Source: an uncultured Verrucomicrobiae bacterium
Lineage (GTDB): Bacteria > Verrucomicrobiota > Verrucomicrobiia > Chthoniobacterales > UBA10450
Assembly: GCA_963815455.1 (NCBI GenBank)
Contig: CAWFGO010000001.1
Location: 448,001-512,000, forward strand
Direction: 5' to 3'
DNA: 64,000 nt
Positions 1-9,610 of this stretch are shown piece after piece; the first letter of the stretch is position 1, and each line of letters starts with the position of its first letter. The notes under the pieces are model-generated. The model saw nothing but the letters and a program-made list of their open reading frames with translations. It did not search any database and had not been told where the DNA came from. The translations under genes and the position numbers were made by a program.

Positions 1-1258
1 CGTCATTGGCCCGATTACCCAAAGGCGCACCGTAGGCGCCCAGGCCCTGCGCCGCAAAAAGAATCCCGGTTTGTCCGAGCGGCCCGCCGCGATCACCGCC
101 GCGAGCGGCGGATGAATAATCGCGGATGCCCAGGAAAGCGTCGATGTAAACAACATCCTTACTTTCCGGAAGGGTAGTAGAGAGCTGCTGGAACAACAGC
201 ACACCCGTGCTAACGGCAGGCGTCTCGTGACCGAGTGCGACGGAACCGTTGACGCGTGTCGTGGAATTGATCAGACCAAAGCGCTGGATGTTGCCCAGGC
301 CGGCGTAGAAACCATCGCCGCCGGTCGCGGCCTCAGCTTTTACGTAAGCGAAATCGAGGTCGATGGTCCTGGCGGCGTAATCGGCGGTGTTGAAGAGTCC
401 GAACAATTTCGCGCTGCTTTCGCGGATATTGTTGTTCCGGTTCAACTCATTGAAGGCAAAAATGGCAGTGGTGCGCAATGAGGAAGCGCCCAGGAAGAAA
501 AGCGATGTCCGCGTTATGCCAACGGCGTCGATCACGTCCTCGTTGATCATGATGCCGTCCTGGAAACTGAGCGGCTGGCGGCCGACCGCGAAGCTGAAGT
601 CGAAGCTCTTCTTGTCGTCACGGTCGAGATTCGGGAAAAGCTCGCCAAAGTCCCCTTGAAAAAAAAGCGTGGTGACCGTTCCATTAACTTCGTCCGTGAT
701 CTTATGTTCGGGGTCGAAGCGGTAACCGCTGTAGGCGAGTCCATCGCGATCGAGGGGGCGAATGCCGACGAGCACGCGCTCGGTCGGCGTGAGATAGAGA
801 TTTCCGTAAATGTCGGCACGATTGGCCCATTCGGTGATCTGGCCGGCGCCTGAGCCATTGTCGAAAGTCTGGTAGGCGGTGCGGAGAGTGCCAAAAACGA
901 TGAAGACCGGTTGCCAGACCGCGCCGGTGGGGAGGTTAATGCCGGGAGCGATCGGGCCGCGGCCGAGAAATGGATTTTGGCCGATCTCGATGATGGGCTT
1001 GGGTCGATCAGGAAATCCTTCGAGCTTGAGCGGGACCGGGTTCTCGCTGAGAGCGCTGCCATGGTTCTGGGGCGTGCCTTGGAAGAGGCCGAAAAAACCG
1101 CTTTTCTTCTTTGGCGGAGCAGGCATTGCCATGCCGTCGGCCGTCGTCGTTGCGCTTGTAGTCGTCTCTTCTCCAGATGCGGTGTCCGCCGCCAGCGCAC
1201 TGGAGGCGCTTGTTAGGGCAAAACCGGCGGCGAAAACGGTGATCAGGATCGTGCGCAT
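1..1258 (-). CDS. Putative outer-membrane beta-barrel (porin-like) protein associated with multiheme cytochromes; 3' end lies beyond the window edge
   Basis: Translated by hand; not in the ORF track because it is open at the edge. ATG at 1258 gives MRTILITVFAAGFALTSASSALAA (Sec signal), then >400 codons with no stop to base 1, with alternating hydrophobic/aromatic strands (FDFSFAVGRQ, IDLDFAYV, VVYIDAFLG). Starts 10 bp after the stop of the pentaheme gene. Confidence 0.7.
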   Translation of the reverse strand, partial: MRTILITVFAAGFALTSASSALAADTASGEETTTSATTTADGMAMPAPPKKKSGFFGLFQGTPQNHGSALSENPVPLKLEGFPDRPKPIIEIGQNPFLGRGPIAPGINLPTGAVWQPVFIVFGTLRTAYQTFDNGSGAGQITEWANRADIYGNLYLTPTERVLVGIRPLDRDGLAYSGYRFDPEHKITDEVNGTVTTLFFQGDFGELFPNLDRDDKKSFDFSFAVGRQPLSFQDGIMINEDVIDAVGITRTSLFFLGASSLRTTAIFAFNELNRNNNIRESSAKLFGLFNTADYAARTIDLDFAYVKAEAATGGDGFYAGLGNIQRFGLINSTTRVNGSVALGHETPAVSTGVLLFQQLSTTLPESKDVVYIDAFLGIRDYSSAARGGDRGGPLGQTGILFAAQGLGAYGAPLGNRAND

Positions 1259-1268
1259 GGGCTCGCGA

Positions 1269-3512
1269 TCAATGTGGAGAAGGCGTTGCGGCCTCAGCCA
1301 CTTTTAGGGCCTGATGCGCGGCTTTTGATTCCGGCAGAAAAGGCTTTTCCGGTGGCGCCATGATTTCGTCCTCGGTCGGCTTGAGGCTAATGACCGTCGG
1401 AGCCGAAGGCAGAGTAATCGCCTTGTTCCAGAGTATTTGCGAGCGTTCGACTACACTGTCGGCAATGCCCTTGGGCGACATGTTGTAATCGAAGCCGACC
1501 TCAACGATGTCGCTGATCAGATTTACTGGAATCATCTGGGCGACGAATTTCACGTTCACTTTGTAAGGCCCCTGACCGGTCAGAAACTTGGCATCTACTT
1601 TGTAAGGCGCCCAACGATAGCCGCCCGGCGGCAATACAATGCTCTGTTTACGAGCGCCGTTCGGCCGTGCCAGCAGCGCGTCGGCGTTCGTCGCCGGCCG
1701 CACGTACGGGAGCGGATCGACGCTCTTGTTCGTGGGAAGCACCTGCACGCGCTCGCCGCCGCGGATCAGCGTGACTAAAAACTTCGATTGCAGGCTGAAG
1801 AGATATTTATCCAACGGCAACTTACGATCGTGAACGTAACTTGACTCCTCGTCGCGATAGTCGCCATTCGGATCGCGATCACCGGAAACGAAGATCACTT
1901 TGCCGCGCTGATCGGTAACCGTGACCTGGAGAAAATTGGCGCGTTCCGCATCGAAGCCGGTCGGCGTGCCGTGGCCGTCGGTGCCGTTTACCACCTTAAT
2001 CTTGAATTTGATCCCACGCGCATCGTTCCGTTGAAGGACAAAATCGTGCAATTGAAAGCCGCGCCGCAAAATTTGGTAACGCTGCAAGTTCGCCTCCTCC
2101 AGTTTCGCGAATTGATCGTCGAGAATGGCTCGCGCGTCGTATCGATCGTCGATCGATTGCCAGCGCGCCGGAAATTTGAAACCGGCCGGTGCGCTATTTT
2201 CAAAGGCATCCGTGCCCCAGCCGGCGCGATAATCGAATTGCAGCCATTCCCGCATCGTGGCGAGCGCCTGCGCCTTAACGTTAAAGGGGAACAATCCGGG
2301 ATGAATGACAGAGTAATCGGGGCCGGCAAAACGATGATCGGTCAATTTGCGCGATGGCGTGGGTTTATCGCCGACTGTGGCGGCGGGACCGAAAGCGTAA
2401 TCGGACTTCAGACCTGGGATTTTAGCCATATGACAATCCTGGCAGGTTTCGCCGCGCTTGTTAGCCTGCGAATTCTTGAATTGGGAAAATGCTTCTTCCA
2501 ACCGGAAACCGTTGAGCAAATTCACATCGTGGCAGGTGCCGCAGAAGCCCGATTTTTCCAAGGGATCGAACTTGACCACGTTCGTGTGGATAGCGCGGCC
2601 GACTTCGCCTCGTTTTGTCACGACCTGGAATTGATCGGGCTCGGAAATGACCTCTTTCAGAATCTTGTTTCCCTGCGGCCCATAGACCGGCTCGAAAAGG
2701 TCACCCTCTTGAATGGCGGTGCGCCCGCTGACCTTGCCGTAGTTGTTTTTCACCCGATGGCAGACGATGCAACTGATCCCTTCGCGGGATGTGGGATTGC
2801 GGTCCATGTTGCTGACGAAAATCGGCTCCTTTAATTGCATGCCGACCTGGGTGTGGCAACGGATGCAAAAGTCGCCGTTGCTTCCCGAGGTGCGTTTTTC
2901 GATCGTCGCCTGCATCGTGTTAAACACCGGGCTGATCTGCGCGTAGGCGTGTTGAGAAACCGACCATTGCCGGAACTGCGTGGGATGGCAGGTCGCGCAG
3001 GTCGAGGCTGATGGAAACTTGTTTTCCACGAGCAACTTTGCGTGCGCAGCAGCAGCATCTGCCGGTGGCGCGGCTGCGGTTGATCCTCCTGCCCTGGGAG
3101 GGAGCTTCAGTGGCTCCGGGGGCAGCAGGCTGTCGGGCTCGACGGGGATCTGCTCCTCGGTCCCTCCAGGCGCGAGCAGATCGTCATCCGATGAAGGCTT
3201 GGCTGCCGGGTTTGGTTTCTCAGGAACCAACAAATCGTCGTCAGATGATGAGCTTTGTCCTGGTGTTGGTGTTGCCGGTTCCAGCAAATCATCACTTGAT
3301 GTGGAAGCTGCCGCCGGACTCTCAACGGCTGAGGCCGATGGTGAACTCACCGGCGCAGGACTGGATGATTCTTCTGCCGTTTCACCCGATTTTTCCGACG
3401 TGGCTGCAGGCGTATTGGCCGCATCCTGCCCGAATGTGGTCCGGACAACCGCCGCCAGAAACAAACAGCAGCAGCAGCCGACCAAAACCGCGGTATGCCG
3501 TTGTGCGAGCAT
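1269..3512 (-). CDS. Exported pentaheme c-type cytochrome (c554-like heme domain plus C-terminal beta-rich domain)
   Basis: Five CxxCH motifs (CATCH, CIRCH, CIVCH, CGTCH, CQDCH); N-terminal signal peptide; long S/P/D-rich linker. Confidence 0.85.
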   Translation of the reverse strand: MLAQRHTAVLVGCCCCLFLAAVVRTTFGQDAANTPAATSEKSGETAEESSSPAPVSSPSASAVESPAAASTSSDDLLEPATPTPGQSSSSDDDLLVPEKPNPAAKPSSDDDLLAPGGTEEQIPVEPDSLLPPEPLKLPPRAGGSTAAAPPADAAAAHAKLLVENKFPSASTCATCHPTQFRQWSVSQHAYAQISPVFNTMQATIEKRTSGSNGDFCIRCHTQVGMQLKEPIFVSNMDRNPTSREGISCIVCHRVKNNYGKVSGRTAIQEGDLFEPVYGPQGNKILKEVISEPDQFQVVTKRGEVGRAIHTNVVKFDPLEKSGFCGTCHDVNLLNGFRLEEAFSQFKNSQANKRGETCQDCHMAKIPGLKSDYAFGPAATVGDKPTPSRKLTDHRFAGPDYSVIHPGLFPFNVKAQALATMREWLQFDYRAGWGTDAFENSAPAGFKFPARWQSIDDRYDARAILDDQFAKLEEANLQRYQILRRGFQLHDFVLQRNDARGIKFKIKVVNGTDGHGTPTGFDAERANFLQVTVTDQRGKVIFVSGDRDPNGDYRDEESSYVHDRKLPLDKYLFSLQSKFLVTLIRGGERVQVLPTNKSVDPLPYVRPATNADALLARPNGARKQSIVLPPGGYRWAPYKVDAKFLTGQGPYKVNVKFVAQMIPVNLISDIVEVGFDYNMSPKGIADSVVERSQILWNKAITLPSAPTVISLKPTEDEIMAPPEKPFLPESKAAHQALKVAEAATPSPH

Positions 3513-3665
3513 GGCCAGCCCATGATCAAGCTATCTTTCGCGACTCTGGTCAACTCGAAAATTCTTGATCGTCCAAGACAAGAAGCTTGCTCTTTAACAT
3601 CGATTGCATTACGCAGTTCTATCGCGGCAAATTGATCCTAAGAAAAAGGAGGAGGAGAATTCGTT

Positions 3666-4667
3666 ATGCATGTTCGAAGACTCAAACTCAGCGCAGCGTC
3701 GGTCGTGTTCGGGCTCGTATTGAGCAGCGGCGGCGCGTATGGCGGCCAAGTCCACGAAATTGATCCGGCAAAAGTGGTGGGCGCCACAAAATGCGGCGAG
3801 TGCCACAAATATGAAGTCGAAGCGTGGAAGCTCACTCCGCATTTCCAGACCTTCGATACCATGCATCGCAGCGCTGACGGCCAGAAAATCTCGACCGCCC
3901 TCGGGATCAAACGGATCAAATCGGAAAGCCTCTGCTTAACCTGCCATTACACTGTCCAGGCCAAGGGCGGCCAGGCAGAGCCGATCTCAGGAGTGTCTTG
4001 TGAATCGTGCCATGGCGCCGCGGCCGACTGGATTAATGTCCACAATGACAAGAAACTTTCGCGGGAGGAGCGCCGGACGAAGTCCGCCGCTGCGGGAATG
4101 ATTCGTCCCGACAATGTTGATGCGGTGGCGGCGAATTGTTATCAATGCCATCTCGTTCCTAACGAGAAATTAGTGAACACTGGTGGACACACCGCCGGCA
4201 CGCCCGGATTTGAACTGGTGGCCTGGTCGCAGGGGATGGTGCGGCACAATTTTCTCACCCCCGAGGGCGAGGAAGGCAAAACGAACAAGGAAGACGACGC
4301 CAACCGCAAACGCATGATGTTTGCCACCGGCGCGATTCTCGATCTTGAATACAGTCTCCGCGGCGTGGGCAGTGCCACCGAAAAAGCGACTTACGGCGTG
4401 ACCATGGCTCAGCGCGTTGCCGGACTAAAAAAGAAGGTCGAGGAGATCCAGAAGGCGGCACCCACTGACGAGATGGCGCAGATCATCACCACGGTCGGCG
4501 GTGTTGCCCTTAAGCTGAACAATAAGCAGCCGCTGGATGAAGCGGCGGACAAAGTGGCTGAGCTGGCCAAGAAGTTTTCGGAAAACGTGACCGGTGATAA
4601 ACTGGCGGGACTCGACCCCTTGTTACCGAAGCCAGGGCAGTATCGCGGGAAGCCGTATCAACCCTAA
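3666..4667 (+). CDS. Exported tetraheme c-type cytochrome (c554-like)
   Basis: Four CxxCH motifs (CGECH, CLTCH, CESCH, CYQCH); signal peptide; GGAGGAG SD upstream. Confidence 0.85.
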   Translation: MHVRRLKLSAASVVFGLVLSSGGAYGGQVHEIDPAKVVGATKCGECHKYEVEAWKLTPHFQTFDTMHRSADGQKISTALGIKRIKSESLCLTCHYTVQAKGGQAEPISGVSCESCHGAAADWINVHNDKKLSREERRTKSAAAGMIRPDNVDAVAANCYQCHLVPNEKLVNTGGHTAGTPGFELVAWSQGMVRHNFLTPEGEEGKTNKEDDANRKRMMFATGAILDLEYSLRGVGSATEKATYGVTMAQRVAGLKKKVEEIQKAAPTDEMAQIITTVGGVALKLNNKQPLDEAADKVAELAKKFSENVTGDKLAGLDPLLPKPGQYRGKPYQP

Positions 4668-4722
4668 ACAATTGACGGTCGCTGCTTGCCAGTTCGGGCG
4701 GCAATTGTTTCAATTGTAGATC

Positions 4723-6460
4723 GTGGCTGAATCCTTGACGCGAATCTCCCGTCCGCACCGGTGGGATGTTCCTTTCGGGGGAGCGATGTCGGATGCAGAT
4801 GTCGATCGTCTTCTCACGATTCCGCCATTTTCCACTACCGATGCCAGCCGTTTTCCGCCGGCCATTCCTCTGCACGGGGTTCTTCGCAACGACACCCGCA
4901 TTCGCAAATTCGAGCACGGTGACATTATTGTTCGTGAAGGCGATTATGGGAGCTCCGCGTTTTTTATTCTGAGCGGAGCGGTTCGAGTGGTGTTGGATTC
5001 GTTACCGGCCGAGTTGCTTGGCCGGCGCAAGCCCGAGAAAAAGAGTTTCTTTGGCTCACTGGCGCAGCTCTGGAACCGGCCCGTTTATCCCGAGGTGCGT
5101 GACTATTCGAGTAACCGAGCCGCCAGGGGCTCGGCCTCCGCCGCTGTGAAAGCCCGCCAGGCGGACGGCGAAGACATTCACATTTTTCTTCAAGATGTAC
5201 CCGGCGTATTGAAAAAGAATCGCACCGCACGAATAGGATCGGGTGAATTGTTTGGAGAGATAGCAGCTCTCAGCCGGACGCCGCGAACGGCGACTGTAAT
5301 CGCCGACGAACCGGCGGAATTACTGGAAATACGATGGCAGGGGCTACGCGAAATACGCCGTTATGCGCCGGAATGGAAAGAACATATCGATCGGCTGTAT
5401 CGGGAGCGAAGCCTCCTGGTCCATTTGCGCGAGACTCCGTTCCTGGCTGGCCTCTCGCCTGAAGCGCTTCAGGCCATCGCTGATCACACCATTTTCGAAG
5501 GTTTCGGCGACTTCGAATGGAACGTATCATACCGGACGGCTCGCGGTGGATCGGCTCAACAACGTCTTCAAAAGGAACCGATCGTGGCCCGGGAAGGTGA
5601 TTACCCCAATGGGTTAATTCTGATTCGCAGCGGCTTCGCGCGCCTCAGTCGAAAATACAATCATGGCGAACGCACGATCAGTTATCTGGGCAAGGGTGAT
5701 GTCTACGGTCTCTCGTCGCTGCTTTGCAATTCAAAGTATCCTGAACCAACCGGCCTGGAGTTCTCGCTGCGTGCCATCGGTCACGTTGACGTTCTCGTCA
5801 TCCCGACGCCCATCGTGGAAAAGTTCATCGCGCCGCGTTTTAGCGATGCCGAGGTCTCTGCTATCCGCGAGCGAACAAAGCGCCAGAGTGAGATCGACGT
5901 GGAACGCGACGCCATGGCCACCTTTGGACCGGAGATGATTGAGTTTTTAGTGGAAGAACGTTTCGTCAACGGGACGGCCACAATGTTGATCGATCTCGAT
6001 CGCTGCACGAGATGCGACGATTGCGTGCGGGCTTGCGCCGCGGCTCATGATAATAATCCGAAGTTTATCCGTCATGGCCACGCTAATAGCGGGATCATGG
6101 TAGCCAATGCCTGCATGCATTGTGTCGATCCAGTTTGCATGATCGGCTGTCCTACCGGGGCCATCCATCGTGAGTCGATCCAGGGCCAGGTTGTGATCAA
6201 TGACCTCACCTGCATCGGCTGCGCGACCTGCGCCAACAGTTGCCCGTACCGATAACATTCAAATGGTCGAGATCCGCGATCGAAACGGCAGGTTCTTTCT
6301 CGATGAAGCAACTCAGGCACCGATTTTAAAGGCGAGTAAGTGCGACCTGTGTGTGGATCAACTCGGGGGGCCGGCCTGTGTTCGGGCCTGCCCTCATGAC
6401 GCTCTGATCCGTGCCGACATGGGCGAGATCGACAAACTATCGAGGTGGATGAACCGGTGA
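4723..6460 (+). CDS. Tandem cyclic-nucleotide-binding domains fused to a DmsB/NrfC-type 4x[4Fe-4S] domain (one-base frameshift near 6250)
   Basis: IVREGDYG...FGEIAALSRTPRTATV (cNMP cassette); second degenerate cNMP domain (AREGDYPNGLILIRSG); CTRCDDCVRAC, CMHCVDPVCMIGCP, CIGCATCANSCP. After an extra C (TAC C GAT) the frame continues DNIQM...KCDLC...PACVRACP to TGA 6460. Confidence 0.8.
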
Positions 6461-7277
6461 GCCCGCTTGTTGCCCGCCGCACCGGCTTCATTGCCGGTCT
6501 CGCCGTTATCTCGGCTCTGACTCTTGCCGGATGGCAACTCCTGCGGACCGCGTTGCGACCGGATGCGACTTATACTGGCGTATCCTTCTGTTGCTGGTCC
6601 TAGCGCTCACTCTTTTCAACGCCCGGAAAAAACTGCCATTCTTGCCTCTGGTGAAGGCCGCGACCTGGCTTCAGATACATATCTACGCGGGTTGGTTCTG
6701 CCTCTTTGTTTTTCTGCTTCACATTCGTTTTCGCATCCCGACCGGAGTAATGGAAGTGACGCTGGCTGTGGTTTTTTGCGTTGTTGTTCTGAGCGGTATT
6801 TTCGGTCTCTACATTAGCCGCAATCTGCCGCCACGCATGACTGCTTCGGGCGAAGCGTTGCCTCACGAACGCATCCCTGCTTATCGCTTGCATATCCAGC
6901 ACAACGTCGAAGCCCTCATTCGCAAAGCCGAGTCCGAAACCGAATCATCGACCCTGGGCGATTTCTACGTGCAACGATTGCGCGATTTCTTCGCGCGAGT
7001 TCCGGCGGCGTTCTACGCTTTATCCGGCGCCGGCCGCGGTTTGCACACGCTATTGGCGGAGATGGAGGCCCTGGATCGATATCTAAACGAACAGGAAAAG
7101 ACCATCGCCCGTGATATTCGCGATTGGATCGAAACCAAACAGAACCTCGATTTCCAGTATGCGGCTCAGCGTTTACTGAGACTCTGGCTCTTTGTCCACA
7201 TCCCACTCACCTACAGCTTGATTTTACTCGGCGTGGCGCACGGAATTGTTGCTACGCTCTATGCGGGAAGGTTTTGA
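6457..7277 (+). CDS. Integral membrane protein with His-bearing helices (ferric-reductase/cytochrome b-like); frameshift near 6578
   Basis: GTG at 6457 overlaps the upstream TGA (GTGA). MSPLVARRTGFIAGLAVISALTLAGW joins the 6531-7277 frame. His in TM segments: WLQIHIYAG, FLLHIRF, WLFVHIPL, GVAHG. Confidence 0.7.
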
Positions 7278-7278
7278 A

Positions 7279-9570
7279 ATGCAGCGCCCGCTAGATCCGC
7301 TCGGTTTCAAACAAAATCGGTACGAGCGTCCGAACCAGGGTTGGATCTGTGGACGAGCGAGTGAAGGATCTCCTTGCCCGCTCGGACCGGACAAACACGG
7401 CAATTGTCGCGCTACGGGCCAATGTATACCCGCACGAAAGGGCGATCGATGGTTCTGCACCCGCTCCGAAGCCGATGGCGGGAAGTGCAGCGAAGGTCCG
7501 TTGCCACGCGGCGAGTGCTCGCATCCCATTCCTCCCTGCCAGCCGGTTCGCTCTCTGCGACGACTTCGGGCAGCCGGTGTTTGGATGGTCGTGGCCCTTA
7601 CGATCGGCGCGTTGTTGCTTCTCTTTAGCACTGCGTTTCGACGGGAATGGATGAATCCCGGTGAGCTTACTAATGCTCACGCCACCTCGGCGGCGAAATG
7701 CAGCGACTGTCACAGCGTCGATCTCAAAAATCATGCTTCGATCGCGGGGTTCGAAAAACGCGCGCTGGCCGATAGTGCGCTCTGTCTGAACTGCCACTCG
7801 CTGGGCGATCACCCGCTCAATCCCCATGGAGTCGTGCCTGCGTCGCTGGCTGCGCTCGATCAAAAGCTTCAACGGAATCCTGGCTCGGCCAAAGGTCCCG
7901 TTCTGCTCCAAGTCAGCCGAAGCGTCAGTGGACTCGATGCGCACTCAGGGGAAATGGCCTGCTCAACCTGCCATCAAGAACATCACGGCCGCACCTTTGA
8001 TTTAAAACGTCTTTCAAATGCGCAGTGTCAGACCTGCCATTCGGTCCAATTCGCAAGTTTCGAAAACGGACATCCGCAATTTTCCGATTATCCATATCGC
8101 CGGCGCACCCAAATCTTTTTCGATCACAATTCCCATCTGCAAAAGCACTTTGCAGAAATGAAAGAGAAAGCTCCCGGCTCGTGTCAGGTCTGTCATGCTC
8201 CAGATCCGTCCGGTCGATTTATGCAGGTGAAGAATTTCGAGGTCACCTGCGCTGGCTGCCATGGCTCGCAGATTCGTGGGGAAGGAATGACTACTAAAGG
8301 CATCGCATTTTTTACTGTCCCCGGTCTGGATATCGAAACCCTGGTGGCAAAAGGAATCAGCATTGGTCAGTGGCCAAAATTCGCCGACGGTAAAATCACG
8401 CCGTTCATGGAATTGCTGCTCAACCGCGAGCCAATAACTCGGAAGGCCTGGCAAGAACTGCAGGGAATCGATCTCCTGGACCTGAGCAAAGCCGGCTCCG
8501 GTCAAATCGCCGCCGCGGAACAGCTGGCGTGGGGTGTCAAAAGTCTCCTCTTCAATCTGATCGTCGAAGGCCAAGGCTACTTGCTGGAACAGATCAAATC
8601 GCAAATGGCACGGACCGACCAACCGGCGTTGGCCGGACTGGCCGGAGAAATTTCTCCGGCCGTCTTGCTCGCGGCGCAGAAGGATTGGATGCCTGATCTG
8701 CTTACCGAAGTCCCAAATTTTCGCAAAGGCATTAAACCGCCGCTCCCCAAACGCCCGGAACCAACTCCGAGGCCATCGCCGGTTTCGTCTCCGGCAAAAT
8801 CAGGCGGAGGAGATGAATCTCTCCTTGGGGGAGAAAGCCTCGCTTCCGGAGGCGATTTGTTAGCCGCGTCTCCCGCACCGTCCAAATCTGGATCCAAGGA
8901 TGAAGACCTTGCCGGGGGCGATCTTCTAGAGCCGGCGGCAGCAGCGAAGGCGACGCCGTCGCCTGCCGGTACGCCGCCGCCGATTGAACCGAAACAAGCG
9001 GAAGAATGGGCCGCGGCCGGCGGCTGGTATCGACCGCGCGATAGCTTCACCATTTTCTATCGTCCTTCCGGACACGCCGACGCTTTTGTGGTGGCGTGGC
9101 TGACGGCAGCGGCTCAACTCGACCGAACCACGCCGGAGGTGTTTCAAAAGCTCGCCGATCCGCAGACGCCTGGAGTCTGTATGAAGTGTCATACCGCAGA
9201 TCGGTCCGAGGAAGCCATTATGGTCAATTGGCTGCCGGCTCATCCCGAGCCTAATGCGCACTCCTTCACCATTTTCAAACACACGTCGCACTTTAGTTTG
9301 TTAGGCGATAAGGGATGCCAAACCTGCCACGGTCTCAATCCCAATTCCGGTTATCAGAAATATTTTACCGGCGGTTCCGGAGCCCCCCGCAATCCGCGCC
9401 AGTTTGAAAGTAATTTTAAGCCCATGTCCAAGGCGGTCTGTGCTGAATGCCACAGACCGCGAGTCGCCGGAGACAGATGCCTGCTCTGTCATCAATATCA
9501 TACCGGAACTTTCGCCGAAAAATTGGTCGGTGGCGCGAAAATCGAGAGCGTATCTATCAAGAGCAAGTGA
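7279..9570 (+). CDS. Membrane-anchored decaheme c-type cytochrome with an N-terminal 8-Cys domain
   Basis: Ten CxxCH motifs (CSDCH, CLNCH, CSTCH, CQTCH, CQVCH, CAGCH, CMKCH, CQTCH, CAECH, CLLCH); Cys-rich N-terminus, then a TM helix (GVWMVVALTIGALLLLF); ATG 1 bp after the previous stop. Confidence 0.85.
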   Translation: MQRPLDPLGFKQNRYERPNQGWICGRASEGSPCPLGPDKHGNCRATGQCIPARKGDRWFCTRSEADGGKCSEGPLPRGECSHPIPPCQPVRSLRRLRAAGVWMVVALTIGALLLLFSTAFRREWMNPGELTNAHATSAAKCSDCHSVDLKNHASIAGFEKRALADSALCLNCHSLGDHPLNPHGVVPASLAALDQKLQRNPGSAKGPVLLQVSRSVSGLDAHSGEMACSTCHQEHHGRTFDLKRLSNAQCQTCHSVQFASFENGHPQFSDYPYRRRTQIFFDHNSHLQKHFAEMKEKAPGSCQVCHAPDPSGRFMQVKNFEVTCAGCHGSQIRGEGMTTKGIAFFTVPGLDIETLVAKGISIGQWPKFADGKITPFMELLLNREPITRKAWQELQGIDLLDLSKAGSGQIAAAEQLAWGVKSLLFNLIVEGQGYLLEQIKSQMARTDQPALAGLAGEISPAVLLAAQKDWMPDLLTEVPNFRKGIKPPLPKRPEPTPRPSPVSSPAKSGGGDESLLGGESLASGGDLLAASPAPSKSGSKDEDLAGGDLLEPAAAAKATPSPAGTPPPIEPKQAEEWAAAGGWYRPRDSFTIFYRPSGHADAFVVAWLTAAAQLDRTTPEVFQKLADPQTPGVCMKCHTADRSEEAIMVNWLPAHPEPNAHSFTIFKHTSHFSLLGDKGCQTCHGLNPNSGYQKYFTGGSGAPRNPRQFESNFKPMSKAVCAECHRPRVAGDRCLLCHQYHTGTFAEKLVGGAKIESVSIKSK

Positions 9571-9610
9571 TTACATCCCTCGGTTACGCTGGGGGGATGA
9601 CGGGAATTTG

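Noticed and set aside
547..1200. 217-aa ORF from the track
   Set aside because: Wrong frame; the credible gene is the longer open frame from 1258 to the window edge.
3460..3485. CCCC run in the pentaheme N-terminus as a metal site or lipobox
   Set aside because: It lies within the hydrophobic signal region (a TGC codon run) and would probably be cleaved off.
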